Positions 62,177 through 64,000 of a stretch of DNA of 64,000 bases are shown in pieces. Below the pieces are notes generated by a model. It was given only the letters and a program-made list of their open reading frames with translations, searched no databases and was not told where the DNA came from. Source of the DNA: Fimicolochytrium jonesii (taxonomy: Eukaryota). A program made the translations under genes and the position numbers. How positions within the stretch are numbered: the stretch's first letter is position 1; every line of letters begins with the position of its first letter. Where the stretch lies: NCBI RefSeq assembly GCF_025526975.1, contig NW_026515673.1:434001-498000 (forward strand), given 5' to 3'.

Positions 62177-63967
62177 ATGAGTGATACGATAACACTTGCG
62201 TCTCAACGGCGGAAAGCCGCCGCCGATGGACCTCAGATAGCTAACGCCGTGGACTTGAAGGCTGGGAAACGTAATAGTTTACAGGCGACGGATAACAAAT
62301 TCGTCAAGAAGACTTTAACGACGGTGTTTGTCGCGCTCCTGATCGACATTCTCGCCTTCACGATCATCTTGCCGCTGTATCCGAGAATATTAGAGCACTA
62401 TGACAAAGTAGATGGCGGGGACAAGGTATACCTCTCTTGGCTACGCTCAATGTGCTATTCTCTTTGTGCGAACCTGACACATTCTCAAACGATCGTTAGA
62501 CCTCGCTCTATTATCAAATGCACGGCCTCGTCCAACGCTTCCGCCAAAGCATCGGCGTCTCAGGCCAAGGCTTCGACATCATCCTCTTCGGCGGCGCCCT
62601 CGGCTCGCTCTTCTCCTTTCTCCAATTCGTCAGCAGCCCTGTCATCGGCAAACTCAGCGACCGGTACGGCCGCCGGACGGTGTTACTGACCAGCATGATC
62701 GGCAACGGCGTCTCGATGTTGCTATGGATCTTTTCGAAATCGTTTGGCGTGTTTGTGTGGTCGAGGATTATTGGCGGGTTGACGGAGGGGAATGTGCAGA
62801 TGTCGATTGCGGTTATCTCGGATATCACGACTGCTGAGACGAGGTCGAGGGGGCTGGTATGTGCGCTTCAGATGTCTCACATTGTGTCGGTAATAAGCTG
62901 ACCTCTGGGTCCGATGGACGTTTCTGCGAATCTAGGCCCTTGTTGGAATTGCATTCTCATTAGGCTTCACGGTCGGCCCACCCCTCGGCGCATACTTCAC
63001 ATCCATGGACATTGCGAAAGTGTTTCCCTTCCTGGAAGGCCTCCCGATAAACCAGTACTCTGGCCCGGCGCTGTTTGCATTCATACTCATCGTCATCGAG
63101 ACGGTCTATCTGGCCATCGCGTTACCCGAAACGAAAGGGTTCAAATCAGGTTCGACCCCGTCGGACACGGACATCGACTCGAGTCCAGCCACGCGACGAT
63201 CAACGCGTTTGGCGGAGAAGAGAGCCCTCAGCGAGTCGACGGAGAACCTCTCCATCGCTTCAGCTCCTTCAAGCGTAACCAAATCCGCCCCATCGCTATT
63301 ATCACCACGCACCCCACCCAAACTATCCCGCCTCAACACCCTCAGCCTAATCCACTTCCTCTTCCTCTTCTGCTTCTCCGGCCTCGAGTTCACCCTCACC
63401 TTCCTCACCCACGACCGCTTCGGGTTCTCCCACGCCCGGCAAGGCCGCCTGTTAGGCTTCATGGGCATCACATCCGCCTTCGTGCAGGGTGGGTACACGC
63501 GACGCGTGGCGCATAAACTCGTCTCGGAGCGCGGGATCGCCGCACAGGGCATGTTCGCTGCCGCGGTCGGGCTGGCGATCCAGGGCCTGCTGGCGTGGAG
63601 TGTCGGGTGGTTGTATGTTGGCGCGGCGTTTCTGGCGTTTACGAGTGGGACGGTTGTTACGGCGCTCACTGCGCTTGCGAGTTATGAGACGGGGCGGAGT
63701 GCGGATGGGGCTGAGTTTGGAAGTGAGGAGGATGACCGGGACGGCGCGGGGAAGCATAGCGGGTCGGTGTTGGGGAAGTTTAGGAGTGTGGGGCAGTTGG
63801 GCAGGTCGTTGGGGCCGATGTTTGCGTGTACGTGTTATTGGGTGCTGGGAAGCGCTGTGACGTATTCGGCGGTGGCATGTGGGATGCTAGCGATTGGGTT
63901 GATTACGTTGGGGTTTGTGCGTGCACGGCCGCTTGCTGGTGGTGAGGCGAGGAAGAAGAGGACGTAG
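62177..63967 (+). CDS. MFS transporter, MFSD10/TETRAN-like (DHA1)
   Basis: ALLIDILAFTIILPLYP, GGALGSLFSFLQF..IGKLSDRYGRR, GGLTEGNVQMSIAVISD, FSGLEFTLTFL, LGKFRSVGQLGRSLGP. Confidence 0.92.
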
Positions 63968-64000
63968 AGATGGTAGAAGGTTACGCCCAAGGCCGTACGA

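Noticed and set aside
63140..63170. tRNA T-loop-like GGTTCGACCCC
   Set aside because: Lies inside the MFS coding exon with no cloverleaf.

Overview
This is eukaryotic genomic DNA with many short GT-AG introns. The gene set (Zn2Cys6 factor, fungal CSL, class I PDE, 7TM-RGS, U1-C, VPS29, UTP25, GLO3) suggests an early-diverging, probably chytrid, fungus; this is inference. About 22 host genes are interleaved with three mobile or accessory patches. (1) ~2.4-7.4 kb: a PHD-like fragment, an internally deleted Ty1/Copia remnant with PPT and 3' LTR, and a 7-exon Fanzor (eukaryotic TnpB-like RNA-guided nuclease) gene. The Fanzor gene has intact RuvC D/E/D residues, an N-terminal NLS, one in-frame TGA and a structured omega-RNA candidate just after its stop. 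(2) ~29.4-33.7 kb: a Mutator-type MITE with a 9-bp TSD, an AspRS gene fragment, a Cys/His-rich microprotein ORF and a frameshifted APH-like kinase. (3) ~44.2-45.0 kb: a MITE-like element with bipartite TIRs. The most unusual host gene (7492-15495, minus strand) has the Ser/Thr kinase-AAA/STAND ATPase-helical-GAF sensor chassis of hybrid histidine kinases, but it ends in a complete class I cyclic-nucleotide phosphodiesterase instead of a histidine kinase. All calls come from manual reading and recalled motifs; no database search was run.
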